Below are positions 62,351 to 64,000 of a stretch of 64,000 nucleotides of DNA, in pieces. Made by a program: the position numbers and the translations under genes. The notes under the pieces are model-generated. The model did no database searches, had not been told where the DNA came from, and worked only from the letters and a program-made list of their open reading frames with translations. Numbering within the stretch: the first letter of the stretch is position 1; each line of letters starts with the position of its first letter. Origin of the DNA: an uncultured Acidobacteriaceae bacterium (GTDB lineage: Bacteria; Acidobacteriota; Terriglobia; Terriglobales; Acidobacteriaceae); NCBI GenBank assembly GCA_963774735.1, contig CAVZGJ010000008.1:45543-109542 (forward strand), read 5' to 3'.

Positions 62351-63451
62351 ATGCAGAGCAACGAAGAGCGCTACCGGCAGGCCGTCGAAGCATCCGCCCC
62401 ACCCCTCCCCAAAATACCCCGCCCAATCGTTATCCTCGGAGCCGGAGGCATCATTCGCGACGCGCACCTCCCCGCCTACAGCAAAGCCGGCTTCCCCGTT
62501 ATCGCCATAGCCGACCCCGCACCAGCCAAAGCCGCCGACCTAGCCAAAGAACGCAACATCCCTCGCGCCTTCGACTCCATCCTGCAAGCCATCGCCTTCG
62601 CCCCACCCGACGCCATCTTCGACATCGCCGTCCCCGCCTCGCAGATCATGACTATCCTGCCTCACCTCCCCAACGGAGCCGCCGCCCTCATTCAAAAACC
62701 CATGGGCGAAACCCTCGAAGAAGCCACCGCCATTCGCAACCACTGCCGCCAGCACGGCCTCACCGCCGCCGTAAACTTCCAGCTCCGCTACTCCCCCAAC
62801 AACCTCGGCGCCGTAGCTCTCCACAAAGCCGGCCTCCTGGGCGATCTCCACGACATGGAGGTCCAGATCCGCACCTACATGCCCTGGCAGCTATGGACCT
62901 TCCTCGCCACCGCACCCCGACTCGAGATCCTCTACCACAGCATCCACTACCTCGACCTCGTACGCTCCTGGTTCGGCACCCCGCAAGGCGTCTACGCCAA
63001 AACCGTCCGCAACCCGCAAACCCCATCCCTCGCCGCCACCAAATCCTCCATCATCCTCGACTACGGCGAGTGGAAGCGCGTCTTCGTCGTCACCAACCAC
63101 GGCCACGATCTCCCACCCGAATCCGCCCGCAGCTTCGTCCAGTGGGAAGGAACCAAAGGAGCCATCCGCATGGACATGGGCGTCAACCTCGACTACCCCA
63201 AAGGCCGCCCCGACACGCTCTCCTACGCCGAACGCGGTTCATCCACCGAACACTGGACATCTCTCCCCATAAAAGGCAACTGGTTCCCCGACGCCTTCAT
63301 CGGCAGCATGGGCTCCCTGCAGGCCTACGTAGAAGGCTCAGTCCCCGATCTCCCCACCAACTTCGAATCCGCGTACGAGACCATGGCCCTCGTAGAAGCC
63401 GCCTATCGCTCCAGCGCGCGCCCCGCCGAACCGCTACCCATCACCCCTTAA
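62351..63451 (+). CDS. Gfo/Idh/MocA family oxidoreductase
   Basis: GAGGI, IQKP, NFQLRY and HSIHYLD motifs. Confidence 0.85.
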   Translation: MQSNEERYRQAVEASAPPLPKIPRPIVILGAGGIIRDAHLPAYSKAGFPVIAIADPAPAKAADLAKERNIPRAFDSILQAIAFAPPDAIFDIAVPASQIMTILPHLPNGAAALIQKPMGETLEEATAIRNHCRQHGLTAAVNFQLRYSPNNLGAVALHKAGLLGDLHDMEVQIRTYMPWQLWTFLATAPRLEILYHSIHYLDLVRSWFGTPQGVYAKTVRNPQTPSLAATKSSIILDYGEWKRVFVVTNHGHDLPPESARSFVQWEGTKGAIRMDMGVNLDYPKGRPDTLSYAERGSSTEHWTSLPIKGNWFPDAFIGSMGSLQAYVEGSVPDLPTNFESAYETMALVEAAYRSSARPAEPLPITP

Positions 63452-64000
63452 CCACGGTAGCCGTGCTTCACAAAATCCGGATCGATATCCACGCCAAACC
63501 CAGGTCCCGAAGGCACCTGGATCACGCCATTGCTATCACTTCGCAGACTCGAAGTCTCGCAGTGATACGGCAGTTCAGTATTGAACTCCTTGAACTCGTG
63601 ATAAGGCCCAGAGTTCGGTATCGCCGACACAAAATGCATCATGTACACATAACCCAACCCAGTCGACGAAATATGCGGAATGCACTGTTTGCCAAAAGCA
63701 TTCGCCATCCGAGCCACCTGCATGCAACGAATCATCCCGCCAAAATAAAACATATCCTGCTGCACAATCGACAACCCGCCATTCGCCACCAGCCAGCGGA
63801 AATTATGTGTGCTCGGCTCCTGCTCCCCGCCCGCAATCGGAATCTCCAGCGCATCCGCCACTGCCTTCGTCTCTTCATACCAGTCAAAAGGCACCGGCTC
63901 CTCATAGAACGCGTACTTATACTCCTGCATCAGCTTCCCAATCGGAATCGCTTCCGCAACCGTATAAGACCCATTCGAATCAGCCGAAATAATCATCTGA
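63448..64000 (-). CDS. Mandelate racemase/muconate lactonizing enzyme family protein (5'-truncated by window)
   Basis: DSN, YEEP, AGGEQ, PH and PSGPGFG enolase-superfamily motifs. Confidence 0.85.
   Translation of the reverse strand, partial: QMIISADSNGSYTVAEAIPIGKLMQEYKYAFYEEPVPFDWYEETKAVADALEIPIAGGEQEPSTHNFRWLVANGGLSIVQQDMFYFGGMIRCMQVARMANAFGKQCIPHISSTGLGYVYMMHFVSAIPNSGPYHEFKEFNTELPYHCETSSLRSDSNGVIQVPSGPGFGVDIDPDFVKHGYRG

Overview
A 64-kb chromosomal window, most likely from an Acidobacteriota genome (Acidobacteriaceae-like). This is inferred from the ADOP permease, Acidobacterial VWA proteins and gene content. The core consists mainly of minus-strand housekeeping genes: xseB, yitJ-type methionine synthase/MTHFR, bshB1, lpxD/lpxL, dcd, priA, udg-rpoZ-gmk-yicC-msbA-rapZ-hpf-rpoN-lptB-lptC/A, glyQS, recO, suhB and moaDE. 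The + strand of the core is strongly C-rich. Accessory blocks lacking that skew are a DUF3300/DUF2950/Omp85 cluster (1-5200) and an arylsulfatase/DUF4239/ADOP permease/IS110 block (~26200-34530). About 13 genes, including essential ones, carry 1-bp frameshifts that are most simply explained as sequencing or assembly indels. The most notable signals are: (1) a dispersed family of palindromic GTCATC...GTCGAAGGACC elements with TTGCNN hexamer tails, all in the same orientation, one copy of which is inserted into the priA coding sequence with a 24-bp tandem amplification encoding 8-aa repeats; (2) an IS1111-type IS110 element with definable ends and a downstream non-coding region matching its own reconstructed target (candidate bridge/seek RNA); (3) a candidate sRNA next to an atypical LuxR-type regulator; (4) a sigma-54 promoter with an upstream enhancer-like site before the ADOP permease; and (5) a second ~10-bp-periodic intergenic repeat family. 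No tRNA, rRNA or CRISPR array was seen.
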